Part shown: piece after piece, positions 1 to 10,658 of the stretch
How positions within the stretch are numbered: the stretch's first letter is position 1
Layout: the number at the start of each line of letters is the position of its first letter
UHGV virus genome: UHGV-0094371
DNA: 40,507 nt
Source: a virus
Strand: one strand, 5' to 3'
Notes under the pieces: generated by a model
Seen by the model: only the letters and a program-made list of their open reading frames with translations
The model's database searches: none
What the model was told of the DNA's origin: nothing
Position numbers and translations under genes: made by a program

Positions 1-3000
1 GTTCTGGATCACAAACGGTAAAGCCACGCTGTTACCTGCTGCCGTGGTGACGGCGAAGCGGTCAGCCAGGAAGATAACCTGCGACTGCATGCCTGACGGC
101 GTGTTCCCAACGCCAATCCCCATGCCCGCGGCGTAATACTGACCGTTGCTGGAAACGCCAACCTTGATGTTATACATCGCGCTGAGGTCGCCATTAACGT
201 TGGCTATCGCCTGAGCATTAGTGGTGATGGCTGAGGTATGCCCGTTCACCGTCGCCGTGATGCTGTTTACCTGCGTGGCCATAGCCTGCTGGTAATCGGA
301 GAACGTCTGGTTCAGGCTGTTGATGGATGCCTTGTTGCCGTTAACGTCCGTCTGCAGGCTCAGCAGCGAGCGCGCCGTTGCCTCCCTGTCGTTGACAATC
401 ACCTCATCAATACGGTCCAGATTCGCGCTGTTGCCGGCGACCGATGCAGAAAGGGTTTTACGCGTGGCCACCTGAGCGAGGTTGGCCTGGATTATCGCAA
501 TTGCAGAGTTCTTCACCCCGCCCGTCATGCCGTCCATCGACACAGAAATCTCGTCGATCTTCACTTCGGCCTGAGCCAGCCCGTCAGCGTTCTCCAGGAT
601 GTCTTTCGCCTGCTGCTCGAGTTCGTCGGCATGGTTTTTAATTTCGTCAGCCATGCCAGCAATTTTTTCATTGCTGTCCACCGCGTTCTCGATCAGGTCT
701 TTGAACGTCTCAGACCCTTTGATGTCTTCAAGGATCACATCTGTGATGTCAGAAACGTCGATACTGGCCTGCCCACGAACCCAGCCGGTATAACCTGACT
801 CGTTACCGCTGCGGTCAACCAGCTGCGCGCGGTACCAGAAAATCTGCCCCGCTTTAAGGCCCATCTGCTGATATTTACGCTGTGGGTATGGCACATCAGC
901 CAGCAACATCGCATCGTCCTCAGTACCGGTCAGGCTGTACTGAATTTCCGTCTTCAGTGTATCGTCCGTATTGGCCGGGAACCCCCAGTTCAGCTCGATA
1001 CCGAACACCACGTTTTCAGACGCGATGAAACCCACCGGCTTCGGCGGATTCCCGTCCTTGCCCGTCAGTGTTTTCTCTTCTGAATATCCCCATCCGGACG
1101 AAATTTCAGCGGCATTGATGGCACGCACGCGAACCAGGTAGCGTCCCGCATAAATACCCGGAACATCGAACGATGTGGTGGAGCTGCGCGGCACATTGAC
1201 CCAGTTCCCGTCATTGCGGCGCCATTGTGCTTCATAGGCGATAGCGTTCTGCGCCTGGTACCAGCTCACGCGCATTGTTTCGACGCTGATATTTTGCTGA
1301 ACCACGGAAAACGAGCTGATCACGATATTCGCAGGCGGCGACTGGTTGCCCGGCGGGATCACGCTCACCGGCCGTTGGTCAATGATGGCTCCGGTATCGA
1401 TACGGGCATATTTATCCGGGTCGTGCCATGCGCCGGTAATCGAGAAAGTGCCATCATTGTTATCGGAAACGCTGACAACTCGATACTGCTGCGCGTAGAG
1501 CTCGTCAGATTCAACCACCCAAACAGCTTCGGCCTGTGGCGTCTCACTGTATGCCGTGGTGACTGTGACTGATTCCCCGTTCACGGCCTGAATGGTCCTG
1601 CTCTGCGACGCTCCGGAGGGAAGGTTGAGAATAAGGCGATCACCTGGTGCTGCATCAGCTACGCGGTCAAGTTTGATAACGCGACCGTTAACGGCGCTGA
1701 TGCGGCCGCCCATAACCTTTCCGGAAAGCAGCTCGTCTGCCACGGCGATGATGTAGCCAGGCTGCGGAATGTTTCCGTCCAGCCCGACATCAAACGAAAC
1801 AACGCGATCCTTGTTGTTGGTGAGAATGCCCCAGCGCCCCTTTCGGTTCGCTTCTGACTGCCTGGTGCAGCCGATGGCTGTCATTTCCAGCTGATTGAAG
1901 CCGTATCGCGCTACCAGCGCCTGCTCAAATACCGGCTCCATCGCGTCGGCATAAGCGTTACCCGGGTCTGACCATGAAACCAGCGCTGTGGTGTAGCGGG
2001 TTTTCGTGGTGCTGCTTGAATAGGTGAAGCGACCGCCAACAACGTTGGCGCGCGTGTAGCTGTAATCAACATCTCGGGGCATATCGGCCAGAGCAACGAT
2101 CTGATCGCCTCCCCAGTACGTCATGCCACGGAATATGGCCGCAAAATCACGCAGGACTGTATAAGCGTCGTTTCGGTCCTGGATGTACACGTTGCAGGTA
2201 TAACGTGGTTCGGTACCGTTGCCCCCTTTGCCGTCTGGTACCATCTGATCACAATACTGGGCAACCTGATAAAGCGTCCATTTATCAATATTCGCAGCGG
2301 TCAAACGGTGCCCGAGGCCGAACCGGTCAGAAACAACCAGATCGTAAAAAATCCACGCAGGGTTATCCGTCCATGCCCACTTAAACGCACCGGTCCATGT
2401 ACCGCTATAAGTGCGGGTTTCAGGGTCGTAGGTATCTGGAACGCGGATAACACGGCCGCGGGGCTCGCAGGAGATCTGCGGGATAGAGCCGTTAAACTGA
2501 CTTGAATCGAATTCGATGTAGAGTAGCGCGGTGTTCGGGTAGCGCAGTTTGGCGTCAATCACCTCGGTGAAGCTCTGCAGCATCATCGTGTCGCCGATCT
2601 TCGCGCTGTTCGCATCAGCGGTGATTTTACGCAGACGAAGCGTCCAGGTGCTGCCGGCCTGCGGAAGATCAATACGGTGGCTGCGCTCATAACCGGATGT
2701 GGTCTTACCGGTGACGCTGGTATTCAGCACCGTCTGCCAGGTGCCGCCGTCGGTCTGCAGGTCAATCGCATATTTAATCGAATACCCGACCAGATCGCTG
2801 TCGTCTTCCTGCTGGAAAAGCGATGGCCACTTCAGGCGCAGACGAACAGCAGAAAGCTGGGTATTGGTAAAAGTGCGAGTCCAGGCTGTGGCGCTTGATA
2901 CTTCGGTACCCACGCTGATTTCGTTTTCGGTGCCGGGTATGCCCTGAATGTATTTCTGTGCCTGGGTGCCGGAGCGAAACTCCCAGGTGACGCCGCTGAA

Positions 3001-3204
3001 GTTCTGGGAGCCGTCAGCATTCTCAATAGCGGTACCATCAAGATAAATGTCTTTGCCGGTTAACTGACCTGAGAACTCACCTTCCCCCAGCGCGATTAAT
3101 AATTTTGCCTTCGCTATAGACTGGAGATCATCCGGCTGTTCGGTAGGCGTGCGGGATTTAGATCCTCCACCTTTACAGCCCTTAATTGCGGTTGCGTTTA
3201 CCAT
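1..3204 (-). CDS. J: tail tip / host-specificity protein J (central tail fibre); ORF runs off the window start, so the C-terminal end is missing
   Basis: ATG at 3204 on minus strand; the frame (plus codons 1-3, 4-6 ...) was open in every segment spot-checked (1-60, 601-660, 1201-1260, 1981-2040). N-terminal translation MVNATAIKGCKGGGSKSRTP...NFSGVTWEFRSGTQAQ resembles the lambda J N-terminus as recalled. Position after I in lambda tail order. Confidence 0.8.
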   Translation of the reverse strand, partial: MVNATAIKGCKGGGSKSRTPTEQPDDLQSIAKAKLLIALGEGEFSGQLTGKDIYLDGTAIENADGSQNFSGVTWEFRSGTQAQKYIQGIPGTENEISVGTEVSSATAWTRTFTNTQLSAVRLRLKWPSLFQQEDDSDLVGYSIKYAIDLQTDGGTWQTVLNTSVTGKTTSGYERSHRIDLPQAGSTWTLRLRKITADANSAKIGDTMMLQSFTEVIDAKLRYPNTALLYIEFDSSQFNGSIPQISCEPRGRVIRVPDTYDPETRTYSGTWTGAFKWAWTDNPAWIFYDLVVSDRFGLGHRLTAANIDKWTLYQVAQYCDQMVPDGKGGNGTEPRYTCNVYIQDRNDAYTVLRDFAAIFRGMTYWGGDQIVALADMPRDVDYSYTRANVVGGRFTYSSSTTKTRYTTALVSWSDPGNAYADAMEPVFEQALVARYGFNQLEMTAIGCTRQSEANRKGRWGILTNNKDRVVSFDVGLDGNIPQPGYIIAVADELLSGKVMGGRISAVNGRVIKLDRVADAAPGDRLILNLPSGASQSRTIQAVNGESVTVTTAYSETPQAEAVWVVESDELYAQQYRVVSVSDNNDGTFSITGAWHDPDKYARIDTGAIIDQRPVSVIPPGNQSPPANIVISSFSVVQQNISVETMRVSWYQAQNAIAYEAQWRRNDGNWVNVPRSSTTSFDVPGIYAGRYLVRVRAINAAEISSGWGYSEEKTLTGKDGNPPKPVGFIASENVVFGIELNWGFPANTDDTLKTEIQYSLTGTEDDAMLLADVPYPQRKYQQMGLKAGQIFWYRAQLVDRSGNESGYTGWVRGQASIDVSDITDVILEDIKGSETFKDLIENAVDSNEKIAGMADEIKNHADELEQQAKDILENADGLAQAEVKIDEISVSMDGMTGGVKNSAIAIIQANLAQVATRKTLSASVAGNSANLDRIDEVIVNDREATARSLLSLQTDVNGNKASINSLNQTFSDYQQAMATQVNSITATVNGHTSAITTNAQAIANVNGDLSAMYNIKVGVSSNGQYYAAGMGIGVGNTPSGMQSQVIFLADRFAVTTAAGNSVALPFVIQN

Positions 3205-3215
3205 ATTGCGCCCAT

Positions 3216-3238
3216 AAAAAAAGCCACCCTTAGGTGGC
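3216..3238 (-). terminator. intergenic hairpin (GCCACC/GGTGGC stem) followed by T7 on the minus strand, between I and J
   Basis: plus-strand aaaaaaagccacccttaggtggc; on minus strand this is a hairpin followed by a T-run. Confidence 0.45.
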
Positions 3239-3256
3239 TAAAGTGGAAAGGTTTAC

Positions 3257-3847
3257 TTATTGCTGATCTTCGACGTAAATGCCGGCTGAAATAATCGCGC
3301 CGCCGATGCGCCGGCGACCGTAAAGCAGCGGTACCGGATACCCTTGTGCAGCGGTATTGGTCACGCCACCGAACGCATAAGAGGCCCGGTTATCTGCATC
3401 CTGCTTGCTGGCCAGCCCCGCTGGTTGAGGGGAAAGCATCTGAACAACCCCGCCAATCATCATTGCGGCACCGAATTTGTATAAGAATGGTGATGCCGCA
3501 GCCCAGGGTGTGAAATTAAGCACCGCCCCAACGGCAACCAGAACTGCACCAAGTATTGTCTGGAGTAATCCGGCCTTTTTGCTCCCGATAATCACCGGGA
3601 CAATGCGAATGACATCGCCGGTGACCGGGTAACCCAGGTCATCAACACCAATATTCTTTTTCCCTTTGAATACTGAATAAGTGAGACCACGGCGTTGGCT
3701 GGAAATCATAAACTGCTCAAAGCCCGGTATAGTCTTTGCCAGCGCAACACTCGCTTCGTTCACGCGGGAAATCAGGCGATGGTGAACTTTACCGAATGTT
3801 TTCCCGAGCACGCCGCCAAGCTCAATGCGGGTCATTACTTCCTGCAT
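3257..3847 (-). CDS. I: tail assembly protein I
   Basis: 196 aa ORF; position and hydrophobic C-terminal half match lambda I. Confidence 0.8.
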   Translation of the reverse strand: MQEVMTRIELGGVLGKTFGKVHHRLISRVNEASVALAKTIPGFEQFMISSQRRGLTYSVFKGKKNIGVDDLGYPVTGDVIRIVPVIIGSKKAGLLQTILGAVLVAVGAVLNFTPWAAASPFLYKFGAAMMIGGVVQMLSPQPAGLASKQDADNRASYAFGGVTNTAAQGYPVPLLYGRRRIGGAIISAGIYVEDQQ

Positions 3848-4566
3848 GTTTCACCTGCCATTACATCTTTATAGCGAACGATCTTCATTGTGCGCTCCTG
3901 CCAGTATCCGCCATAAGGAACACGTTGACTCAGATGCCCGTAAAGATGGTGCAGCAGCATGTTACCCTCCAGTAAAATCCCGGCATGATTCCACTTATCG
4001 GCCTGCACCTGCATGATGACGAGGTCCCCTTCCTGAGGCGGACCATCAAACTCCCTGAATCCGCACTCGTACCAGCACTCCTGATAGAAATTGTCCGGGT
4101 AGTCGTTTTCCCACCAGGGATAATCCACCCGGTAATCGTGGAGCTCGATACAGTGGGTCTGCCGGAAATAGCTCATTACCAGCCCCCAGCAGTCGAAGTG
4201 TCCAAGCACAAACGGACGCTCCAGCAGTGGCAGTTCTCCGCGCGGCTGGATGGTGCGTAAATCCCCCTCCGGCCAGCTCACAATATGCCAGGGTAAAAGC
4301 GTTGCGTCGCATTGCGCTTTATCCAGTTCGCTCGGCTGCGTAGTGGCGTCAGGGTGACTGTGAACGATGGCGATCACCGTACCCCAGTCCTCAGCAGCTG
4401 CATAGTCTTCTGGCGACAGGTGAAAATGTTCTGTCGGCTCGGTAGCGAGGTTACTACATGGAAAATATTTCTCTACCCGGCTCTTTTGCGCCACCACGCC
4501 GCAACACTCACGAGGATATTCAGCTGCAGCATGCGCCATAATCGCATCGATGGTTTTCTGACGCAT
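3835..4566 (-). CDS. K: tail assembly protein K (JAMM/MPN plus NlpC/P60 domains)
   Basis: 243 aa; JAMM-type HSHPdattqpSelD motif visible; conserved position between L and I. Confidence 0.85.
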   Translation of the reverse strand: MRQKTIDAIMAHAAAEYPRECCGVVAQKSRVEKYFPCSNLATEPTEHFHLSPEDYAAAEDWGTVIAIVHSHPDATTQPSELDKAQCDATLLPWHIVSWPEGDLRTIQPRGELPLLERPFVLGHFDCWGLVMSYFRQTHCIELHDYRVDYPWWENDYPDNFYQECWYECGFREFDGPPQEGDLVIMQVQADKWNHAGILLEGNMLLHHLYGHLSQRVPYGGYWQERTMKIVRYKDVMAGETCRK

Positions 4567-4567
4567 A

Positions 4568-5323
4568 TCAACTCCTGATCAGCGACGTACCCTGGAACCC
4601 ACCAAACGAGAGTTCGTTGTTTTCACCGAACCGAAGTTTGCAGGCCGTCAGCGTTCCGTTGCATTCATCCAGTGACGGATCGCTTACCTGGTTGTTGTTT
4701 TTGTCGAAATAGCGCGTACCGGCATAGTCGCAGCCGTCGCCGGTTCGGTACTTGTTCCGGATGCACCATGTGCACAGAGAATGAAGCTGGCGGGTAGGTA
4801 TCATCAGCCCCTGCAGATCCATAGGGCTGGATAGTGTGAACTCAACAACTTCATTGGTTTCACTGCTCTTTGCATCGATGTAGAAAACCTTCAGCTTCTC
4901 CTGGGTCGGATCGGCTGTCGGATTGCCTCCGGTGAAGTTTCTCGCATCGAGATACTTACCAAGGGTGTCATGTATCGTCACCTTCGCCTGCAGCATATCG
5001 TCATACGCCAGACAGAGCGCTGAGATCGAGCTGTCCAGGTTCGCCACACTCAGTTTTGGCTGTGGACTGGTACCGTCCGTAGTCGCTTCAATACCCTCAA
5101 CCTGACACGGCCAGGCTTTATACTCCTCCCCCTGCCACCAGATGGACTTCGCCGGAAGTTTATTCTCATCCCCGCCTGCAGCCTCAATCTCTTCCGGGGT
5201 ATGCGCGATATTATGTGCGTGGAAGCGGAGTACATCTGACATACCGAACGCTGTGCCATCGACAGAAAAAAGCCGGACTTCATTGCCCGGCTCGAGTTTT
5301 TGATAATCAGCATTAAGACTCAT
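4568..5323 (-). CDS. L: minor tail protein L
   Basis: 251 aa; Cys-rich C-terminus (CTWCIR...DGCDYAG...CNGTLTAC) as in lambda L; synteny. Confidence 0.85.
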   Translation of the reverse strand: MSLNADYQKLEPGNEVRLFSVDGTAFGMSDVLRFHAHNIAHTPEEIEAAGGDENKLPAKSIWWQGEEYKAWPCQVEGIEATTDGTSPQPKLSVANLDSSISALCLAYDDMLQAKVTIHDTLGKYLDARNFTGGNPTADPTQEKLKVFYIDAKSSETNEVVEFTLSSPMDLQGLMIPTRQLHSLCTWCIRNKYRTGDGCDYAGTRYFDKNNNQVSDPSLDECNGTLTACKLRFGENNELSFGGFQGTSLIRS

Positions 5324-5667
5324 GGTGCAAATGCCTGTTCAAACGTTGCGGTTACGGTTATCACTTTTACGTTTTTAACCACCTTTTTGAGCGTGTCAGC
5401 CTCGACACGCCACAGCGCGGTATCGCCGAAAGGCGGTGTGAAAATAAACGACTTCACTTTATGCCGCCGAAGGAAAGCGTGAATTTCATTCGCTGTAGTC
5501 GGATCCCCTGAAAAGGAATATTCATAGGTACGAATCTCATCATTCAGGCCGGAGCCGCTCACCTGTGCGTACCCGTCGCCGAACTGGACCTTCCTGACTG
5601 TGTCTTTGCTTCCCTCGGTGGGCTGGCTGGAAACCTTAATGCCCCAGGGGAATGTTTCTATCGTCAT
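5320..5667 (-). CDS. M: minor tail protein M
   Basis: 115 aa; RKVQFGDGY motif resembles lambda M (VRKVRFGDGY); synteny. Confidence 0.85.
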   Translation of the reverse strand: MTIETFPWGIKVSSQPTEGSKDTVRKVQFGDGYAQVSGSGLNDEIRTYEYSFSGDPTTANEIHAFLRRHKVKSFIFTPPFGDTALWRVEADTLKKVVKNVKVITVTATFEQAFAP

Positions 5668-5672
5668 AACTG

Positions 5673-8189
5673 TTACCTGCGATTGGTCGCATTCCAGATA
5701 AGCCCACCGGGCTGGATTGCCCTGGCGATACCATCGTTGACAGATTTGTTAATCACCTGCTGATACGCCTTACCCAGCCTGTCTCCGTCGTTTTGCTGCT
5801 GTGCGTTACCGGAAGCATTCTCGACCGTCACCGGGGCATATACACTGACACCGAAAGGTGCTGCAGCCGGGCCTGTACCACCGCCCCCGACATACCCACC
5901 CGTGGCATACCCTTTCATCATCCGGTAAAGATTGCCGACGCCGATCCGGCTGGTAGCCTCTTTGGTGAAAACAAATTCACCACGGTGAACGACACCTGCA
6001 GGTTCATATTTCCCGCCTGAACCGGTATAACCGCCACCTGCAAATCCCAGCGCGGTTGTCGCTGAATCCACCAGGCCTACCATCGCCTGTTTCAGCAGGA
6101 TCTGTGTCAGCATGGAGAGCGTGGAGCGGGTGAAGTCAGCCCAGTCAGCCTTTCCGCGCGTCAGCATGTCAGCCATATTTTGCCCGATGCCATCAAACGC
6201 ACTGGTGGCAGCCGACTTCATCTGGCCATAAGCATCTGAAGCAGAATCAACATAATCTGCCCATGCGGATTTGGCTCCGGACTGCCAGTCGTCCCGCAGC
6301 TTATCCTGCTCGGCGTAATACGCCTGCAGCGCCTGCAGCTCATTCTGATAACCAGCATCGTTCTCCGAACCACCACCATTTTTCCAGCCCTGAAGAAGCT
6401 GGGCCTCTTCATTGCGACGTTGTGCTGCACGACTGCTCATACCAGCACTTTCCGCAAGGGCTCGGGTTTTCTCGCCGATCTGCGTGACGTATTTTTGGGA
6501 CGTATCCTGCAGGCGATTAAGCCGCTCCTGCGCCACTATCTGATCGCCGAGCTTCGCATTCAGCTCCGCACGGGAAAGCACCTCACTTTTACTGGCCAGC
6601 AGGGATTTTTCCTCAGCAGAAAGCGTTCGGGTCTTCGCGGCCTCTTCCAGAACCGTAAAGCGGGACTGCTGACGCCACAGCTCCTGACGCTGCTGGCTGA
6701 TGGTGTCATTGATGCTCTTATGCTCCTGCAGGGTGCGCAGCTGTGTCTGTAGCTCCAGCGTCTGGGCACTGGCCGTATCGGTGGCACGGGCACCTGCGGG
6801 GGTTCTGATTGCCGGGGTCTTCTTCGGCTTTTTAAGGGTGTCTTCGTACTCTTTTTTCGCGGCAGCCAGGTTGATGTTGTAGTCAGCCTGGAGGATCCGC
6901 CCCTCTTTCAGCGCCTTGTTGAGCTCGCTCTGCCTGGCCGTGTATTTCTCAAGGGCAGTTTGGGTTTTGGCATAGTTGGCCTGAGCCTGCGCGGCATATT
7001 TCTGACGATCGGACTCTGCGACCGCTTCACGGGAAGCATTCTCTTCGTTCGCTTTGGCAATACCAGCCTGCTGCTGCGCCATATCCAGTGCCAGTCTGGC
7101 CGTTTCACGATCATTCCAGAACCGGGCGCGGGCCTCATCATTCACATAATGATCGCCTTTACGCAGATTCCAGATTTCATCAGCCTTTTTAAACGCGGCC
7201 TGGGCTTTTGCCACCATCTCCTGGGCGGTGTCAGGTCTGCCAATATCAAGTGCAGCATCCCACATCGACTTGAAGGCACGCTTCAGGGAATCCGCTGAAG
7301 ACTCAATCGTCCCCATATTGTCGCGGATGGCTTTGGTCTGATCGTTGAATCCGGCTGTAGCCGCCTCGTTAGCCGCCTGCAGTGCGCCAGCCTCATCACC
7401 GGCACGCTGCAGCTGCGCCACATGGGCAATCTGTTCTGCGGTAACGTTATGGAACTGCTGGGCCATCGCGATCAGGCCCGATGTCGGGTCAGTTGCGAGC
7501 TTGCCGTAGGCTGCAGCGACTTTCTCCACCGGCACGCCGGAGGCATCAGTAAACCGCGCCACCGCCTGGCTCATTTCATCAAAGCGCGAGCCAGTACGCA
7601 CACCTGCATTGATAAGCTCGGTCAGGGCTTCACTGGTCTGGTTGAACGTTAGCCCCGCTGCCTGTCCGTTCCGCGCCAGTGCCAGCATGCGGTCAGCTGT
7701 CAGTCCGGCTGTGTTCCCCGACAGTACCAGCGTTTTGTTGAAATCAGACAGAGTGGAAGAGCCCTGGTACCAGGCATAGAACAACGCGCCCGTTGCAACG
7801 GACAATGCACCAATGCCGACCATCAACGGGGAAATCGTCCCCAGCAACGCCCGGAATGTCGGAATGATCCCGCCAAAGGAGTCCTTAACCTGACCGCCCT
7901 GCTGAAGCAGAATCAGCCATGGGTTCTGCCCGCCCGCTAGCTGCGTAGCTATATCGGTAAACTGCGCCGGAAGCATACGCATTGCTGCGTTATACTGGCC
8001 TATTGAAATACCCGCCTTGCGCGCGGCGTTCTCCTGGCGGCTAAAGGACTGCTGGATCCGTAGCGCTTCGTCGTTCGCCGCGCTGCCAGTCTGCTTTAAT
8101 TCTTTTTTGACGTAGTTAAGCTGCTCGTTAAATTTCGTCGAGTTAACGTCAAGGTTAACGACCAGATCACCCACTGCCGTCTGGGCCAT
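5673..8189 (-). CDS. H: tail tape measure protein H
   Basis: 838 aa Ala/Gln-rich coiled-coil protein with hydrophobic segment; position after G/T. Confidence 0.9.
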   Translation of the reverse strand: MAQTAVGDLVVNLDVNSTKFNEQLNYVKKELKQTGSAANDEALRIQQSFSRQENAARKAGISIGQYNAAMRMLPAQFTDIATQLAGGQNPWLILLQQGGQVKDSFGGIIPTFRALLGTISPLMVGIGALSVATGALFYAWYQGSSTLSDFNKTLVLSGNTAGLTADRMLALARNGQAAGLTFNQTSEALTELINAGVRTGSRFDEMSQAVARFTDASGVPVEKVAAAYGKLATDPTSGLIAMAQQFHNVTAEQIAHVAQLQRAGDEAGALQAANEAATAGFNDQTKAIRDNMGTIESSADSLKRAFKSMWDAALDIGRPDTAQEMVAKAQAAFKKADEIWNLRKGDHYVNDEARARFWNDRETARLALDMAQQQAGIAKANEENASREAVAESDRQKYAAQAQANYAKTQTALEKYTARQSELNKALKEGRILQADYNINLAAAKKEYEDTLKKPKKTPAIRTPAGARATDTASAQTLELQTQLRTLQEHKSINDTISQQRQELWRQQSRFTVLEEAAKTRTLSAEEKSLLASKSEVLSRAELNAKLGDQIVAQERLNRLQDTSQKYVTQIGEKTRALAESAGMSSRAAQRRNEEAQLLQGWKNGGGSENDAGYQNELQALQAYYAEQDKLRDDWQSGAKSAWADYVDSASDAYGQMKSAATSAFDGIGQNMADMLTRGKADWADFTRSTLSMLTQILLKQAMVGLVDSATTALGFAGGGYTGSGGKYEPAGVVHRGEFVFTKEATSRIGVGNLYRMMKGYATGGYVGGGGTGPAAAPFGVSVYAPVTVENASGNAQQQNDGDRLGKAYQQVINKSVNDGIARAIQPGGLIWNATNRR

Positions 8190-8487
8190 AGCGCACGCCT
8201 CCTGAAATACCTGCAGCCTTCGCCATCAGCGTATCGTCATCCGGCTCATCAACGTCGATGCTTTCCGATACAGGGGAAAGGATGCTGAAACTGTCCGGTG
8301 TTAATTCCGGATCAGCAAAAAACAGGGTTGAGATGGTGTAGAGCAAACCGGAGAAATGAGCATCCAGCTGCGCATCATGAAAGTAATTGTCCTGGTAGAA
8401 GATTTTCCAGTCGCCGTATTCCGTTGAGGACATGCCAGCAAGCATGGCACGCCAGTCCGGGCGACCGAACTCACGCGCCAGTTTCAT
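8167..8487 (-). CDS. T: tail assembly chaperone, T segment (expected to be made as a G-T fusion by -1 frameshift)
   Basis: ORF lies in the -1 frame relative to G, and that frame is open upstream of its ATG back into the 3' end of G. Confidence 0.65.
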   Translation of the reverse strand: MKLAREFGRPDWRAMLAGMSSTEYGDWKIFYQDNYFHDAQLDAHFSGLLYTISTLFFADPELTPDSFSILSPVSESIDVDEPDDDTLMAKAAGISGGVRYGPDGSG

Positions 8488-8495
8488 GGCAAACT

Positions 8496-8918
8496 TCAGC
8501 TCACTGGCGAGGGCTTTTCCGCAGTAACAGGTTCAGCGGGTTCATTACGTTCTTCACCGGGCTCAGCCTGGTCATCAGTGACCGGCGCAATCATCCCGGA
8601 CAGGAGTTTCACCTTATATTCGGCTTCGGCAACAAGTTCGGTCGGCCATGTCTGCATGACCTCATCCTGAATCTGCTCCACTTCCGCCGCCGCGTTTTCT
8701 CCCTGCGATCCTTTAAGCGCGTGGCCATGCCAGAGTGACATTGCCACCAGATATGCTCCACTCTTCACGGTAAGGGTAATGGCAGCCTGAAAATCACCAG
8801 CTTCAACCGCCTCAAGTTGTTTCAGGTATTCGAGGTATTCAATACGCTGCAGCGCCGACAGCTGGAACAATGTGACGCTGCTGCCGTTACTTTCAAGCAG
8901 CTCGCTCTTTAGAAACAT
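8496..8918 (-). CDS. G: tail assembly chaperone G
   Basis: 140 aa acidic protein immediately upstream of T and H; lambda order. Confidence 0.8.
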   Translation of the reverse strand: MFLKSELLESNGSSVTLFQLSALQRIEYLEYLKQLEAVEAGDFQAAITLTVKSGAYLVAMSLWHGHALKGSQGENAAAEVEQIQDEVMQTWPTELVAEAEYKVKLLSGMIAPVTDDQAEPGEERNEPAEPVTAEKPSPVS

Positions 8919-8954
8919 AATTACTCCGGGGGAACGGGGCTTTCGCCCCGGTTA

Positions 8955-9692
8955 TCAGGAAACAGTGACTTTGCAGATCGCCACAAAGTTACCGTCATTG
9001 CTCATTACGATGATCTCGACGGTGCCTGCCGCCACGCCGGTAACAGTCAGGGTATTGCCGCTGACGGTGACCGTTGCTTTTGACGGATCAGAACTGGCTA
9101 CGCGGAAAGACTTATCTGAAGCACTTGCTGGCAGGACAGAAACAACCAGTTGCGTCGTGGCCGCGACAGCCACAGCCGCCGTGGATTTATCCAGGCTGAT
9201 CCCCGTAACGGCAATCGGCGCGGTACCACTGTCTTCGGCCAGCGATGGTTTGCCATTGTTGGTGATTTTTGCCGTGCGGGTCATGACCTCTTTAGACGAG
9301 ATGGTCTTGCCGAGACTGCTCACCCAGCCCTTAAAGACATCGACAACACCATTCGGATATTTGATTTTATACCCCTTCACGGTGCCTTCATCGAACCAGT
9401 TCACCAGGTCCTGCTGACCGGAATCCTCCGGCATCCATGCGAGCGTCAGGTTTGTTTCACCGGCTGATTTCTGCCCCTGCATCGTTGATGTCCAGTCGGC
9501 ATTCTCATCATCGATGTAGGTGTCATCTTCCGATTCAGCTGTCAGTTCTCCGGGCTGCAGGTCTTTAATCTTTGCCAGGCGCAGCCAGTCAACGTCTGAA
9601 AGCGGATTGGCGTATGGATCACCAGTTCCGGTGTAAACCCAGAGGGTGGTACCAGCACCTTTTGTTGGTGCCAGCGGGTTTGGTATGGCCAT
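8955..9692 (-). CDS. V: major tail tube protein V with C-terminal Ig-like domain
   Basis: 245 aa; near-collinear with lambda V as recalled ([10 protein letters not shown]...[13 protein letters not shown]...); Thr/Val-rich C-terminal Ig-like segment. Confidence 0.9.
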   Translation of the reverse strand: MAIPNPLAPTKGAGTTLWVYTGTGDPYANPLSDVDWLRLAKIKDLQPGELTAESEDDTYIDDENADWTSTMQGQKSAGETNLTLAWMPEDSGQQDLVNWFDEGTVKGYKIKYPNGVVDVFKGWVSSLGKTISSKEVMTRTAKITNNGKPSLAEDSGTAPIAVTGISLDKSTAAVAVAATTQLVVSVLPASASDKSFRVASSDPSKATVTVSGNTLTVTGVAAGTVEIIVMSNDGNFVAICKVTVS

Positions 9693-9699
9693 AGGGTCC

Positions 9700-10098
9700 T
9701 CACATGTCGTAAGTAATGGAATATTTCAGGTCGGCAGAACTCCACAGCGCCATATCGTCATCGCGCTGGTAGTCATAGCCCTGCTGAACCATTGTGGTGA
9801 TAAGAGATTCAAGCCCCGGAACCTCTGCGAGAACCGGATACACTCTCGTCTCCATCCAGTCATCCAGATCAGAATCAGGTACCTGAGCCTCAAGAAAGAC
9901 TTCGATATGCAGAATGGCCTGCCAGCTATCGGCGTCCAGTTCTTCCCCTGTGTATTCCGCATCTGTCAGGTAGACGGCAACAGCGGGAAAATCACCCTCT
10001 TCGAGCACTGCAGGTCTGCCGTCAAAATAAATGACATCAGTACCAATCGCGCTTTCCAGCGCGTCAATAATCACCTTGCGAATATCGCTGTGTTTCAT
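9700..10098 (-). CDS. U: tail terminator protein U
   Basis: 132 aa; FDGRPAV...FPAVAVYLT...YTGEELD motif string resembles lambda U. Confidence 0.85.
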   Translation of the reverse strand: MKHSDIRKVIIDALESAIGTDVIYFDGRPAVLEEGDFPAVAVYLTDAEYTGEELDADSWQAILHIEVFLEAQVPDSDLDDWMETRVYPVLAEVPGLESLITTMVQQGYDYQRDDDMALWSSADLKYSITYDM

Positions 10099-10649
10099 CG
10101 TGTCAGAATTAACCTGAGTTGGTTGGTAAGGGATGCCCGGAGCTCTTTGGGCATATCTGACTCCATGAGCTTCGGCAGTTCTTCTTTAAATGCCGTAGTT
10201 AATGGAGCTGCCAGCGGGATGCTGACCACTTCAATGGGGTAACGAGGTTTTGAAGTCCGCCTCATGACATGCCAGCGACCATTTTTAAGTTGCTGGATAA
10301 AGCCGCCCGGAAAACGAAATGGCCCTATGCGCAGAACGCTGTTGGCCCCTTTCTTGTCCCGTTTTCTGCGGGAAAGTCGCACGCTTGCGGTACCGAGTTT
10401 AATGGCCGGTAAATTTCCCCGGTTTACCCGGATAAGTGCACGAGGTCTATTGACCGTCGCACGCTTCACCCTGGCGCGTTGCTTTACCAGTTTTCGCGGT
10501 ACGCGCGTATCTTTTGATACGACTGCCACGCTGCGGCTGACGGCCCGGTTTGCCACGCGGTTAACGGCCTGCGCCGATGCCCGCGGAACAGCCGTTTTGC
10601 TGATGCTGTTAAGGTTTTCTATGGCCTGTTCAAGGCCTTTTATGGACAT
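10095..10649 (-). CDS. Z: tail completion protein Z
   Basis: 184 aa; MSIKGLEQA...LKNGRWHVM resembles lambda Z. Confidence 0.85.
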   Translation of the reverse strand: MSIKGLEQAIENLNSISKTAVPRASAQAVNRVANRAVSRSVAVVSKDTRVPRKLVKQRARVKRATVNRPRALIRVNRGNLPAIKLGTASVRLSRRKRDKKGANSVLRIGPFRFPGGFIQQLKNGRWHVMRRTSKPRYPIEVVSIPLAAPLTTAFKEELPKLMESDMPKELRASLTNQLRLILTR

Positions 10650-10658
10650 ATGCGCTCC

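Noticed and set aside
238-3041. Plus-strand ORFs 238-798, 1225-1572, 2308-2505, 2677-2898 and 2699-2947
   Set aside because: They lie antisense within the continuous minus-strand J reading frame; typical shadow ORFs in GC-rich coding DNA.
5793-8738. Multiple 60-146-aa ORFs on the plus strand inside H and G/T
   Set aside because: Antisense to well-supported structural genes; shadow ORFs.
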